Translations under genes and position numbers: made by a program
Origin: Octopus vulgaris
Taxonomy: Eukaryota
NCBI GenBank assembly: GCA_951406725.2
Contig: OX597821.1
Coordinates: forward strand, 64,294,001-64,358,000
Direction: 5' to 3'
DNA length: 64,000 nt
Shown here: positions 1 to 13,808 of the stretch, in pieces
How positions within the stretch are numbered: position 1 is the first letter of the stretch
Layout of the letters: each line of letters begins with the position of its first letter
Notes under the pieces: generated by a model
Told to the model about the DNA's origin: nothing
The model's input: only the letters and a program-made list of their open reading frames with translations
Database searches by the model: none

Positions 1-213
1 TTCATATTTACATAATGGATAGGGATGGAGTATCCAAGCTGGTATCGTACGAGCACTCAGGTATAGTCTGGGATATCGTTAACCGCATCGAGTTGTAAGG
101 AACACATAGGATTACCTAAGGTAAGCAATCCCAATGTATTTCATGCGATGTTAAATTTATAATCGTTTCCCTGGGTTATAAATATTTCATCGAATGTGTA
201 TCCAAGACAATAA

Positions 214-582
214 CAATGAATACAGAGGTTAGTACATCTGCATAGTTTTCATTTCTACAGTTAATTATGCAGTATATTAAATTTATATGTGTCCGATGCA
301 CGTTTCTGCTGCAAAGCCACCTCACACTTGCATTTGCATCCAGTTACCTTCGACTGGTTATTAGACTATGCCGCTTTATTCAAGATCCATCTACGGACGC
401 ATCAGACTACAACTTGAATTAAGTTGTACAGTTTAATAACCAGTCGAAAGCAACTGGATACAAAAGCAATAACTAGGTGGTTTTGCAGCTGAAACGTGCG
501 TCGGACACATAAATCAAATATGCTAGATAACTGATAGTAGAAATAAAAAAGTATGCAGATATACTAATATCCGTATTCATTG
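214..582. mobile_element. Long imperfect inverted repeat (~150-bp arms), possible decayed Penelope-like palindromic element
   Basis: Arms pair by eye: caatgaatac/gtattcattg, tgtgtccgatgcacgtttc/gaaacgtgcgtcggacaca, ttcgactggttatta/taataaccagtcgaa. Right arm has a hammerhead-like 3' half GAAAC-GTGC-GTC (491-502) but no clear CTGANGA. Followed by (CA)n. Confidence 0.7.
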
Positions 583-593
583 CAATTAACATA

Positions 594-596
<3 letters not shown>

Positions 597-660
<64 letters not shown>

Positions 661-707
661 ACACACGTACACACATATACATGCGTGTGTGAGTGTTTGC
701 TTAGTGC

Positions 708-775
<68 letters not shown>
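597..775. repeat. (CA)n then (TATC)n microsatellites
   Basis: Directly visible; source of the spurious CVCV/THTH/IYLS ORFs. Confidence 0.97.
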
Positions 776-777
776 GA

Positions 778-955
778 TAGATCGCTAGCCACTACACTTT
801 CTTTATTTTCTCTCCCAGTTTCTTTCTGTGTTTCTTTCCGTCGAAGAGCGTAGGCTCGAAACGTTAAAGTCATTTACACTTCCCGAGCGTTATACTAATA
901 CATCTGTTTGTTGTCTACACCACATGTCTTCGTCTTTTGCTTTATTGTGAATTCT

Positions 956-960
<5 letters not shown>
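778..960 (+). mobile_element. Short (TA)n-abutting element with atypical hammerhead-like motif (family P1, copy 1)
   Basis: Closely matching copy at 37661-37842 with the same ends (tagatcgctagccactacac ... gtgaattctccc then (TA)n). Motif cttt-CCGTCGAA-gagc-gtag-gctc-GAAAC-GTT-aaag at 834-869. Confidence 0.75.
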
Positions 961-1029
<69 letters not shown>

Positions 1030-1052
1030 GATATTTTACCTTTACAGATATA

Positions 1053-1094
<42 letters not shown>

Positions 1095-1420
1095 CAGGCG
1101 CACACACGCACATGGTGAAATATCTGATTGCGCTGTAATATCTGTATACTTGTGTTTGTTTACGTGTGTGCATTTCTGGCAGGCATATAAAGCCAGACAA
1201 ACAATAACAGCCCATTAAGAAGAATGTCAACAACAATTAAACTATAATTAAAAGCCAAAACACTCAACTTGTAATAATTAACTAATGGTGAAAATAAACA
1301 CACACAGGCAGATAAACGCTCATACACACACATATATATATATATATACAAACATATATACACATATACAGGAATGTCTATGTATATATATATGTAGGGG
1401 GAAATTAAGATAAATACCAG

Positions 1421-1461
<41 letters not shown>

Positions 1462-2054
1462 TATATGTATATGTGTGTATATGTATAGGTATATATTTAT
1501 GTGCGTGTGTATTTATATATGTATATAAATGTACATACAGATATATATGTATGTATCTATATGTATATGCATACGTAGACATCGAATGTTTCCAAAAAGT
1601 GAAGTAGATAATTACCTAATGATAATGCTATCTATATTTACACATTCAAATAAACAAATATAATATCGTTACCTGAGCAGCTAATAGCACTGAAAGGTTA
1701 ATTGTTAAACACATACTATTCTTGCAGCAATGGTACGATATTGTGTAAAATGTAAATGAGAAGAAAAAAAAAAATAATAATAACAAATGAAAAATATAAT
1801 TAAAAAAAAAACAAAACAAAATAAAACTATAATATATGTGTGAAATTAATGAATAAATGCATAAATATATATTGTAGAATGAGAAGAGATTTTTGTGTAT
1901 GACGTAAGAGGCTCGAAGAAATTTTCACTGATAACGGTGGAGTTTAAAATTAGAATGCAGTCATGATAAAAGATAATTAATAGAAATTAGGTAATAAGAA
2001 ACGAAGATGCTTAAAGAAACAAGGAAATGTAGAGTAGTAAGAAAGGCATGAAAC

Positions 2055-2142
<88 letters not shown>

Positions 2143-2147
2143 TGCAC

Positions 2148-2180
<33 letters not shown>

Positions 2181-2286
2181 CATACATACGTATACATATA
2201 TATACATACATACGTATACATATATATATCATATGTACATATATGTATGCATATATATTACGATATATATACGTATATATCTGTAC

Positions 2287-2326
<40 letters not shown>

Positions 2327-2369
2327 TCATATATATGAGTATACATAACTATATATACATGCCTACATT

Positions 2370-2407
<38 letters not shown>

Positions 2408-2494
2408 GCATATATATGTATTCATATAGTTCGTATGTGTGTGTATCGCTATCTGTTTGTCTCTCTCTCTTTCTACATAAAATTTGTGCGTGTG

Positions 2495-2538
<44 letters not shown>

Positions 2539-2720
2539 GGGAGAGAAAAAGACAGAGACAGAAATTTAGAGGGATGAGGAGAAACAAACCGCACCAAAAA
2601 ACTATCTAAGTAACAAAAATGGCAGCTTAACAGGAAAAGGAAAGAAAAAATAATGGAAAAATACAGAGAAGTGTACAGACATAATGTGTGTGGGATGTAA
2701 TCCACGAGAGATAGAGCAAA

Positions 2721-2784
<64 letters not shown>

Positions 2785-3026
2785 GCATATATATATGAAT
2801 ACATATAAAGATTCACACACAATATATGCACATATATTAGCCGTAGGTGAGAGAAGCTGAGTACGGGAGAGATTTCATAGGAAGCAAACAAAAAGCAGAA
2901 AAGAAAAGAATGTTATTGTTTCAGTGGTGTTGCCCGGATGTGGAGAATTTCTTGAAGCAATCGAGTAATATCTTTAATCCACGAGGTTTATTTTAAAACC
3001 AGATGTCTTCTGGTATTTAATCTTTC

Positions 3027-3642
3027 AAGGCGGCGAGCTGGCAGAAACGTTAGCACGCCAGACGAAATACACAGCGGTATTTCGTCTGTTTTTACGTTCT
3101 GAGTTCAAATTCCGCCGAGGTCGACTTTGCCTTTCATCCTTTCGGGGTTGATAAATTAAGCACCAGTTACGCACTGGGTCGATGTAATCGACTTAATCCC
3201 CTTGTCTGTCCTTGTTTGTCCCTTCTATGTTTAGCCCCTTGTGGGCAATAAAGAAATAAGAAACATTAGCACGCCAGACGAAATACTCAGCGGTATTTCG
3301 TCTGTTTTTATGTTCTGAGTTCAAATTCCGCCGAGGTCGACTTTGCCTTTCATCCTTTCGGGGTCGATTAAATAAGTACCAGTTACGCACTGGGATCGAT
3401 ATAATCGACTTAATCTGTTTGTCTGCCCTTGTTTGTCCCCTCTGTGTTTAGCCCCTTGTGAGTAGTAAAGAAATAGGTGTTTCGTCTGTCTTTACTTTCT
3501 CAGTTCAAATTTCGCCAAGGTCGGCTTTGCTTTTCATCCTTTCGGGCTCGATAATTTAAGTACCAGTTGCGTTCTGGGGTCGATCTAATCAACTGGCCCC
3601 CACCCCCCAAATTTCGGGCCTTGTGCTCAGAGTAGGAAAGAA
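3027..3642 (+). mobile_element. tRNA-derived SINE family A, three tandem modules
   Basis: Head aaggcggcgagctggcagaaacgttagc (A-box-like), B-box gagttcaaattcc, conserved body gcctttcatcctttcggggtcgataaattaagtaccag three times; many other copies in the window. Confidence 0.9.
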
Positions 3643-3929
3643 TATATTTAATCGATGTTTATTTTGTAGCCAGATATCTTCTAATATTTAATCTTTCATT
3701 TTGAGAGAATTTCCGTTTTAAGTTTAAGCTATTTTGATACCAAAGATTATAGTTTGAGATATTCTACGGAAGCTGTGTACTGTAAAATCAACATCAGTAG
3801 TTTAGTCAGAAAAGTTCTCGCAAGTAGGATGTCATTAATATTCATAATGAGTCATATTTTATCAGGGAAGGAGCAGAACTATGATGAAAGATATTCCAGC
3901 CGTGACCAATCCATGTTTGAGAGTTATAT

Positions 3930-4340
3930 TTCTTTAATCTTTCACTTGTTGCAGACATTAGACTGCGACCATGCTGGGGCACCGACTAGAAAAATTCTTA
4001 GTCAAATGACTCGAACCCAATACTTATTTAAAAAAAAAAAATCCTGGTACTTATTCTATCGGCCTCTTTGGCCGAACCGCTAAGTTATGGGGACGTAAAC
4101 ACACCAACGTTCGTTCTCGAGCGGTGATGGGTGATAAACACACATACACACATGCACACACATACATACATGCACGACGGGCTTCTTTCGGTTTTTGTCT
4201 ACCACATCCACTTGCAATGCTTTGGTTGGCCCCAGGCTATACCAGACAGCACTTTTCCCAAGAAGCTAAGCCCTGGGACCGGACCCGGAACCATGTTGTT
4301 GAGAAGCAGGTTTCTTACTACCCATCCACGCTTGCGCCTA
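3930..4340 (-). mobile_element. SINE family B (CORE-like), decayed
   Basis: Reverse complement of the element at 23748-24262 (catgctggggcaccg, ccgaaccgctaagttatggggacgtaaacacacc, cccggaaccatg). Confidence 0.85.
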
Positions 4341-4588
4341 TACTATTTAAAACTATATTGCCACTTAAGTCCTTTCCTTACTTAAGGAAGTAGACTGTGG
4401 TCTGAGGGGTTTTTGTTGGCTGTTTCTAACACATTTAGTGATCATGTTGAACATCCGCCATTTGATAAAGAAGACACTAATACTTTCCAAGATTATTTTG
4501 AGTAAAAATGTAACATGATAGTAATATAAAGAGAAAAGAAATACACGCACACACACACACACACACACACATACTTACATATATATAT

Positions 4589-4835
4589 ATATCAGTAACA
4601 TAATATGTGATAATTGTTCGGTTGCCATAATAAAACTCCGAGTTTCGGATGTCGGGACGGAAATCTGCTCCGGCATCTCGTCAGTTATTAAGACAAACAA
4701 AAATACCATAATAGAACTCGGAGTTTTATTATGCCAACCAAATAATTGTCAAATACTATATTACAGATATATTCCTCTATTTACATTATATCGAGATCTA
4801 ATTCATTCTTTTGCTGTCATACTATTACCATTAAT
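4589..4835. mobile_element. Hairpin plus 3' tail element in (TA)n, family P2 copy 1
   Basis: Inverted arms ataattgttcggttgccataataaaactccgagtt / aactcggagttttattatgccaaccaaataattgt, then an unpaired tail; homologous to 30277-30618. Confidence 0.75.
4629..4689 (-). ncRNA. Putative minimal type I hammerhead ribozyme
   Basis: Minus strand: aataa-CUGACGA-gaug(...)cauc-c-GAAAC-ucgga-GUU-uuauu; stem I aauaa/uuauu, stem II gaug/cauc, one extra base before GAAA. Confidence 0.65.
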
Positions 4836-4844
4836 ACACACACA

Positions 4845-4880
<36 letters not shown>

Positions 4881-4938
4881 CATACATATAGATATATACA
4901 TATATACACATACATGCATATATACATACATACATACA

Positions 4939-5007
<69 letters not shown>

Positions 5008-5389
5008 GCATGTATCGTCCTTTTAGTTTCCCTAGTAAGCATAGCTATTACAATGGAAGTAATTATTTCTTCATAGTATGAAGCAGCGGTGCTGGAAATT
5101 TGAATATGAAATTAAGGTATTATAAGAAGTTCAATTGATTTTTTTCTACACTATGGGAGAACAAGTTTCAGCCAGAAAGATACAGAAAGTATGAAGTTGC
5201 GGAGAACAAAGAATGCCAGAAAAGAAACAACAAAAAAGCAACAAAATAAAAAAAAACCGAAGGACATCATGCAACTGAGTTACCCGGATATTTTAGGGAA
5301 ATTCATTTAATCCTTTACTTCTTCAATCATTGACAGCGGCCATGATGGGGCATCATGTTAAAGACTTTTTAGGCGATCACATACCCCAG

Positions 5390-5720
5390 TTAAAGCAAAG
5401 TTGAATACGGCGGAATTTGAAGTCAAAACGTAAAGAGCCGGAATCTCACGATTCTGCCCATTCACCGCATTCTATTAATAGTGGCAGAAAGAATGACCCT
5501 TTCTTCCCTATGGGAAGGCACAAGGCATGACATTTTGGGGTAGAATATAAATCGATTACAACGACTCCAAAGCTGTACTGGTAATTATTTTATCGACCCC
5601 CCATGAGAATGAAAAGCAACGCTGACCTCAGTGGAATTTGAACTCAGAACGTATTGGCCGAAGAAATGCAGCTATGCATTTTGTCCAGCGTACTAATGAT
5701 TTTACTAGGTCGTTGTCTTG
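5390..5720 (-). mobile_element. SINE family A, decayed copies
   Basis: ggcggaatttgaagtcaaaacgtaaa and ctggtaattattttatcgacccc...ggaatttgaactcagaacgta match the reverse complement of family A. Confidence 0.75.
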
Positions 5721-5743
5721 GGGATTAGAAGAAAATAGTGATA

Positions 5744-6122
5744 ATAAGAGCATTCAGAGGGCGCAAACCTCCGCCAAGGCAACACCAACGTTCTCTCAAC
5801 GATTAGCCGGAGTTGAGTTTTAAAATGATGATATCTAAAATAAACTCGACTGCTTTCACAAACGAGAATATTAAAAATGAACCGGACTGCTTTCATAAAT
5901 TAAGTTAAAAAACAGGAAAAATAATCCAGAATCCTTGTCCGGTACTGGATCGATCCCAGAATATAATCAGTTCGTGCCAGTCACGAGGCCAAACATCCCT
6001 AGAAGTTTCATTCGAATCGATCCAGCGTGTCTTGAGATATCTTGTTCACTGACAAACAAACAAGCAACAACAAACACAACTGAAAAACAATACCTCTACC
6101 TGCGCGAAGGCGGAGGTAATAA
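5744..6122 (-). mobile_element. DINE-1/HINE-like (Helentron-associated) non-autonomous element
   Basis: Subterminal inverted pair acctccgcc (5767-5775) / ggcggaggt (6109-6117), an inner partial repeat tacctctacct (6091-6101), a (CAAA)n-like tract near 6052-6080, an imperfect terminal stem-loop at 5750-5764 and T-rich minus-strand flanks. Confidence 0.7.
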
Positions 6123-6545
6123 ATTTTAACACTGAATCCGCTGAAAATTTTATTACCGTTAACTACTGAAAACGGTTTTACCCCAATGGTTTTGAAAAAG
6201 TTTTATTCCGCGATAATCGGATATACCCAAGTGACATGATTACAAAAGATATTTTTTCAGATTTTCTCATCTTTTTTTTTTGTTTTTCCACACATATTTC
6301 AGCAAACACCTCTTTACAAAGTATGACTCAAATGCGTTTGCAGATGAATAGGAAAACCGTCTACAAGAGATACGGAAAAAAAATATTGCTGAAGCAGAAA
6401 TTATCAATACCGTATTTTTGATGTATAATTGACATCATTACGAGAATGACCATAAAATTTAATTACGCAGTCAAGGAGTTAATTAAGTGGATGACAACAT
6501 TTATCAACAAGTCAGTTATCAGTGAGATTCTTGTTAGTTGCCATA

Positions 6546-6990
6546 GGCGCAGGTGTGACTGTGTCGTAAAATGTTTGCTCTCCAACTACATCGTTCCGGG
6601 TTCAGTCCCACTGCATGGTACCTTGGGCCAGCGTCTCCCGCAATGCTGGAGCACCGCCTTTAGTCGAGCAAATCGACCCCAGGACTTATTCGTTGTAAGC
6701 CTAGTACTTATCCTATCCGTCTCTTGTGCCGAACCGCTAAATTACGGGGACGTAAACACACCGCCATCGGTTGTCAATCGATAATGGGGTGGGGTGGGGA
6801 CAAACACGGACACACAAACATACATATATACGACTGGCTTCTTTCAGTTTCCGTCGACCAAACCCACTCACAAGGCTTTGGTCGGCCCGAGGCTATAGCA
6901 GAAGACATTTACCCAAGATGCCACGCAGTGGGACTGAACCCGGAACCATGTAGTTGGTAAGCAAGCTACTTACCACACAGCCACTCCCAT
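6546..6990. mobile_element. SINE family B: plus-strand head fragment fused to a near full-length minus-strand copy
   Basis: ggcgcaggtgtgactgtgtcgt...ccttgggccagcgtct (6546-6638, +) is joined directly to gctggagcaccgcctttagtcgagc...ttaccacacagccactcc (-). Confidence 0.85.
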
Positions 6991-7002
6991 ATATATATAT
7001 AC

Positions 7003-7070
7003 AGGGAGAGTTTACGAAAAAAACAAAAGACGAAGACAGGTGGTGTACAAAACAAACAGATGTATTTGTA
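7003..7070 (-). mobile_element. Family P1 terminal fragment
   Basis: agggagagtttacgaaaaaaacaaaagacgaagacaggtggtgtac...aaacagatgtatt is the reverse complement of 895-960 and again abuts (TA)n. Confidence 0.75.
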
Positions 7071-7113
7071 TATACATATATATATTAGTATATACACACA
7101 CACACAACACACA

Positions 7114-7191
<78 letters not shown>

Positions 7192-7240
7192 ATCTGGTTG
7201 TCCCCCATCATTACCGGTGTAGGGTGTGTTTACGGTCACG

Positions 7241-7635
7241 AAGGCGGCGACCTGGCAGAGACGTTAGCATGCCGGGCGAAATGCTTAACGTATTTCGTCT
7301 GCCTTACGTTCTGAGTTCAAATTCCGCCGAGGTCGACTTTGCCTTTCATCCTTTCGGGGTCGATAAGTACCAGTTACGCACTGGAGTCGATATAATCGAC
7401 TTAATCCGTTTGTCTGTCCTCGTTTGTCCTCTCTGTGTTTAGTCCCTTGTGGGTAGTAAAAAAATAGTTATTTCGTCTGCCGCTACGTTCTGAGTTCAAA
7501 TTCTGCCGAGGTTGACTTTGCCTTTCATCCTTTCGAAGTCGTTAAATCAAGTATCTGTTGCGTACTGGAGTAGATCTAATTTACTGGACTCTTTCCCCCT
7601 AAATTTCAGGCCTTGTGCCGAGAGTAGAAAAGAAT
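7241..7635 (+). mobile_element. SINE family A, two modules
   Basis: Head aaggcggcgacctggcagagacgttagc, two B-box/body modules, terminal ccccctaaatttcaggccttgtgccgagagtagaaaagaat. Confidence 0.9.
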
Positions 7636-8358
7636 ATATTACTGTCACAGCAAGCTGCATAACAATAGAAGAAATTTACCAATAACAGGGACCGTATCAA
7701 TGCAGCGAACACTTCGATCAATTCACATAAGAAGTCTCATAATTTAGTCTTGTACGTCTCTCTCTCTAACATTTTATAGAAATTCTGTGATGGTAGCCAT
7801 CCTTATTTTGGTCGCATAAATCCAGCAGATACTATAATAAAGTAATTATCTCCGAAGCTGCTCGTTTTTCAGAGATTTAACATCCATCTGATCGTGAGAA
7901 TAATAAAGTCATCCCATCCTTAAGGAAGATATTTGTTTCTCCGTTGTATGTGTGTGTCTGTGCGTGTGTTTAAGGAGAGAGAGAGAGAGAGAGAAGGGAT
8001 GGAAAACGACGAGTGGATTTTGGGATAGATAAAGAGAAAGTGAAAGAGAAGGAGCGAAAGAGAGAGAAAAACAGAGAGGGAAGGGATCAAAAAGAGAAAC
8101 AGAAATGATAGCAAACATAGAAAAGAATGAATAAAAAGAGCTAAGACAGAGAGATATGATATAACGTATGTGTGTGTGTGTGTGAGTGTGTGTGTGTGTG
8201 AGTGTGTGTATATGCATATGTGTATATATATATATATATATATATGCACATACGCACACGCGCGCGCACAAACGAATACACACTCACACACATACACACT
8301 TATACATAATACTCCAGTAATGAGTATTTTCTTTTCTCCATGTTGGCAATCAGGTCTT

Positions 8359-8452
<94 letters not shown>

Positions 8453-8655
8453 CATATATATATATATGTATATACACATATGTATATATATACACACATA
8501 TGTATATATTTATATACATATATACATATATGTATATACATGTATATATATATATGTATATATATATATATTGTATATAGATATTTATATATATGTACTT
8601 CTCTCTCTACATATATGTGTGTGTGTGTGCGTGAATATTACACACAAATACATAC

Positions 8656-8748
<93 letters not shown>

Positions 8749-9309
8749 AATGCCTGTGTATATATACGTACATAATGCATATGCATACACAAGCACAACC
8801 ACACATCGATCAAATCGTGATGAAGAACAACAACAACAACAGCAACAACAAGAACAACAACAAAAGCGAATTAATAAAGGCGATGGTGGGGTAAAAAAAA
8901 AAGCAAAAAAAAACTGGGAACGTGTGTGTATTACGATGATGGCTGTTTCTGTGGGATATCGTTTAATATGATGGGATTTCCAGCTTTATGGAGAATTGAC
9001 GAGTGAAGTAAAGCGTTTCACACAACATTGTTCTTATTGAATACTTTCTAATGAGGCTTCTGCGATGTTTGACTCACTTCTTCAGCCAGCCATATGGAAA
9101 TTAAATTCTACACCTGACGGTTCTGACAGCCAGCTTCCGTATAGGAGAACTTTGGCTCGTCTTAAGATGCCTCTATTCAAAGAATCGCAGGTACACGCAC
9201 ACGAAAAATCACGCGCTCGTCCATACGCACATGGTCACTTGTATGCACATGCACATGTACATGACCAGAGGCGCGAGCATGCACACGTGCCCGTACACGT
9301 ATGCACCCA

Positions 9310-10335
<1,026 letters not shown>

Positions 10336-10678
10336 TCGCACACGCATACTCGCACACGCATACTCGCACATATGTATGTATGAGATATGTACACAAATAC
10401 GCATGCACATGCGCATGCGCAGTCCCTCGCATAGTTATGTTGGAAACATCAGCTATATCCCCAAGTGATTTAATTAAGAATACAGTTAACGTTTACTTTA
10501 CTGTCGTTGCTATAAGCTATTCAGAAGACGATCCCAATATTCATTCTATTTAGCAGATATAGCTGAATCCATCCCAAGGGGAATCATTAAGTTGTTGTTG
10601 CTGCTGTTTTTATTGTCGTCGTTGTTGTTGCTATACTTGTTCGAGCCAACATAAAGATTTTTTTTTCTCAGTTTCGTT

Positions 10679-10783
<105 letters not shown>

Positions 10784-11298
10784 TACACGTGCGCGCGCGT
10801 AGATAGCTATGGTTGTCGTGTCTTGGAGTCTTAATACCCGATGGAGCCGTTCTGATGTCTTTGCGACACACGACGTCGTTCCTTACCATACGTAATCATA
10901 GTTTGTCCTCTACCAAGAAGAGAAAGAGTAAAAGAAAGAAAGAAAGGCATAAATAGAAAGAAAGAGAATTGACCTCAGTTTATGACTGGTACTTTATCTT
11001 AGTTTATTCATGGAATCCAAACACATGAGAGTCGTATTTGACCTCAGCCTTACCTAGAAACTCCGGACAACCGAACGATTGTTGCCAGGTGTTTTTTCCG
11101 ACGCTCCAACATCTATGTTAACCCGTCACTTTCGGTTTTTGATTTATGTCTGAGCCATGATGCGTACGACGAACTGAAGGATGCACATAGCTACATAAGC
11201 ATCCAAAAATCGATAGGCATTCCTATAAATTAATGTCCATATTGTGTACTCTTCTGTCGTAAACGACAGATGATGTTTAAGCAATTTATTACTGAATA

Positions 11299-11531
11299 AA
11301 GGCGGCGAGCTGGCAGAAACGTTAGCACGCCGGGCGAAATGCGTAACCGTATTTCGTCTGTCGTTACGTCCTGAGTTCAAATTCCGCCGAGGTCGACTTT
11401 GCCTTTCATCCTTTCTGGGTCGATAAATAAAGTACCAGTTTCGCACTAGGGTCTATGTAATCGACTTAATCCCTTTGTCTGTCCTTGTTTGTCCCCTCTA
11501 TGTTTAGCCCCTTGTGGGTAGTAAAGAAATA
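11299..11531 (+). mobile_element. SINE family A, single module
   Basis: aaggcggcgagctggcagaaacgttagcacgccgggcgaaat...gtgggtagtaaagaaat; flanked by a repeated ttactgaataa (about 11288-11298 and 11534-11544), a likely target-site duplication. Confidence 0.92.
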
Positions 11532-11639
11532 TATTACTGAATAACCTGTACAGGTTGTCTCTTTATAGTGATCAAATGTTTGCGTTGAACATTAGTTCAT
11601 TCCTCCATCAATTCAGAATTGCCTGTTAGGTACTCGGTG

Positions 11640-11785
11640 TGCCATATGTCAGATGTCAGTGATTGCAGAGCATCATGAAAGGATTTTGCTCAAAAACACA
11701 ATACATCGTCCTGTCCGGTAGTCGAAGCCACCATCTCGGGAACGTGAGCGCAGCATCCGAACCACTAGGCTACACGCCCTCACTG
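11640..11785 (-). mobile_element. SINE family C head/core, decayed
   Basis: ttttgctcaaaaacacaatac...ccggtagtcgaagccaccatct...cgtgagcgcagcatccgaaccactaggctacacgcc is the reverse complement of a tRNA-like head like that at 15034-15142. Confidence 0.7.
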
Positions 11786-12439
11786 AATTCTTTTATGCAC
11801 TTGATATGCAACAGAGCCATATGCATACATAGCGATTCACTAACCTCATCAGGCCGCAATGTCTTTGAAATACAATAAAATAATTTTAAAAGAATAATTC
11901 AAGAAAATGAATGAACCATACTTTCTTCTATAATTCTTAGTCATAAGGCCACGAATTTCTTTTATTTAGAATTCATTGGAAGACATCAAACTATGATTAC
12001 GTATGGTGAGGAATGACATCTCGCTTTAGATAAGACAGCTGGAATGTGGTTAGACAACATAAATCGAGGTTGAAGTTTTGCTTGTATTACATTCAGTGGA
12101 ATATAATCCAACATTGCATATGTTAGTTGTAAACGACCTCAGCTAGCAAGCTGACTGACATCATTCAACCGATATTTGCAAAGTCGTCGCTGATTAGGTT
12201 TTCTGGAACTTACCACTAATCAACGGCATATGGACTCAATGAAAGGGAATCTGGCGCCTAATTATAAGGAATAATAGCATTGCAAGAAAAAAAAAATTTT
12301 TTTTTAATCTATTGTGCATTTGCTTTAAGCTCTTCTATCAGGGAATCCGCTAAAAAACTGAAGAGTACTACATATTTAAGAAAAAAAAAAATAAAAAAGG
12401 GAAATAATAATTTGATATCTGATAATTCTTTTTAATTCT

Positions 12440-12630
12440 AGCAACAAGCCAGTAAAATTGATGGGGAGGGGCTAGACGGTTACATGAACCGCAGTGTTTA
12501 ATTGGTGGGTATTTTATCGACCCCGAAAGGATGAAAAGCAAAGTCGAGCTCAGCGGAATTAGAAGCCAGAACGTATAGCCGAACGAAATACTCTTAAGCA
12601 TTTTTGTCCGGCCAGTCAGCTCACCGCCCC
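12440..12630 (-). mobile_element. SINE family A, decayed
   Basis: ttttatcgaccccgaaaggatgaaaagcaaagtcgagctcagcggaatt...ccagtcagctcaccgcc. Confidence 0.85.
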
Positions 12631-12682
12631 AATTTGATATATAATAATACTATTTTCATACATTTACATTTTATCCAGTTTT

Positions 12683-12783
<101 letters not shown>

Positions 12784-12939
12784 TGTATGTATGTATGTAT
12801 GTATGTATATGTATATATATGTATATGTTTGTATATAAATATAAGATCCAGGAATCGAGGTGTAGGTAGAAAATTAGCTTCAAGGAATCCGTACTAAATA
12901 TAGAAAGAAAACAACTTTCAGGAACATTAGTGGTTTATT

Positions 12940-13328
12940 TTTTTCTACTCTAGTCACAATGCCCGAAATTTTGGGGGAGGGGGCCAGTCTATTAGATTGA
13001 CCCTAGTGGTACTTAATTTATCGTTCCCGAAAGGATGAAAGGCAAAGTCGACATCGGTGGAATTTGAACTCAGAACGTAAAGGCAGAAGAAATACCTATT
13101 TCTTTACTACCCACAAGGGGCTAAACACAGAGAAGACAAACAAGGACAGACAGACGGATTAAGTCGATTATATCGAAGCCAGTGTGTAATTGGTTCTCGT
13201 TTTATCGACCCCTAAAGGATGAAAGGCAAAGTCGACCTCGGCGGAATTTGAACTCATGACGTAACTGCAGACGAAATACCGCTAAGGATTTCGCCAGCGT
13301 GCTAACGTTTCTGCCAGCTCGCCGCCTT
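12940..13328 (-). mobile_element. SINE family A, two modules
   Basis: Ends in ttctgccagctcgccgcctt; two ggatgaaaggcaaagtcgac...ggaatttgaactca modules. Confidence 0.9.
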
Positions 13329-13450
13329 ACATTAGTCGTTTATTGAGACGGAAGGTTGTGGATCTTTTTTGTACGGATGTACGATGAACCGCAAAAGTTC
13401 TTTTTATATTCAACAGTAGGCAACCATGGTTGCCGGGTGTGCGAATAAGA

Positions 13451-13619
13451 ATACAAGTGTTACGGAATGGACTAGATAATATCCAGGCTACATATATTTC
13501 ATAGCGAGCGGCACCTTAGAATTAGTAAATATCCGGGCTAATTACCACTTCTGAGGTTCCGCTCGCTACGAAAAATATGTAGCCCGGATCTTATCCACAC
13601 CATTCCGTAACACTTATAT
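13451..13619. mobile_element. Fold-back MITE-like element (~80-bp imperfect arms)
   Basis: aagtgttacggaatgg/ccattccgtaacactt, ggctacatat/atatgtagcc, tagcgagcgg/ccgctcgcta; TA at both outer ends. Confidence 0.75.
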
Positions 13620-13631
13620 TTTTATATATAC

Positions 13632-13691
<60 letters not shown>

Positions 13692-13757
13692 TTGTGTGTG
13701 TGTGTGTGTGAAAAGGTAGATAACTAGCTAGCTAGCTAGATAAATAGATAGACAGAC

Positions 13758-13808
<51 letters not shown>

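Noticed and set aside
9086-9190. Candidate exon (cttcttcag|...gaatcgcag|gtacac) with an open frame, and a nearby minus-strand CTGAAGA...GAAA match
   Set aside because: Weak donor, no recognisable protein and no partner exons; the hammerhead-like match has no stem I or stem III pairing.
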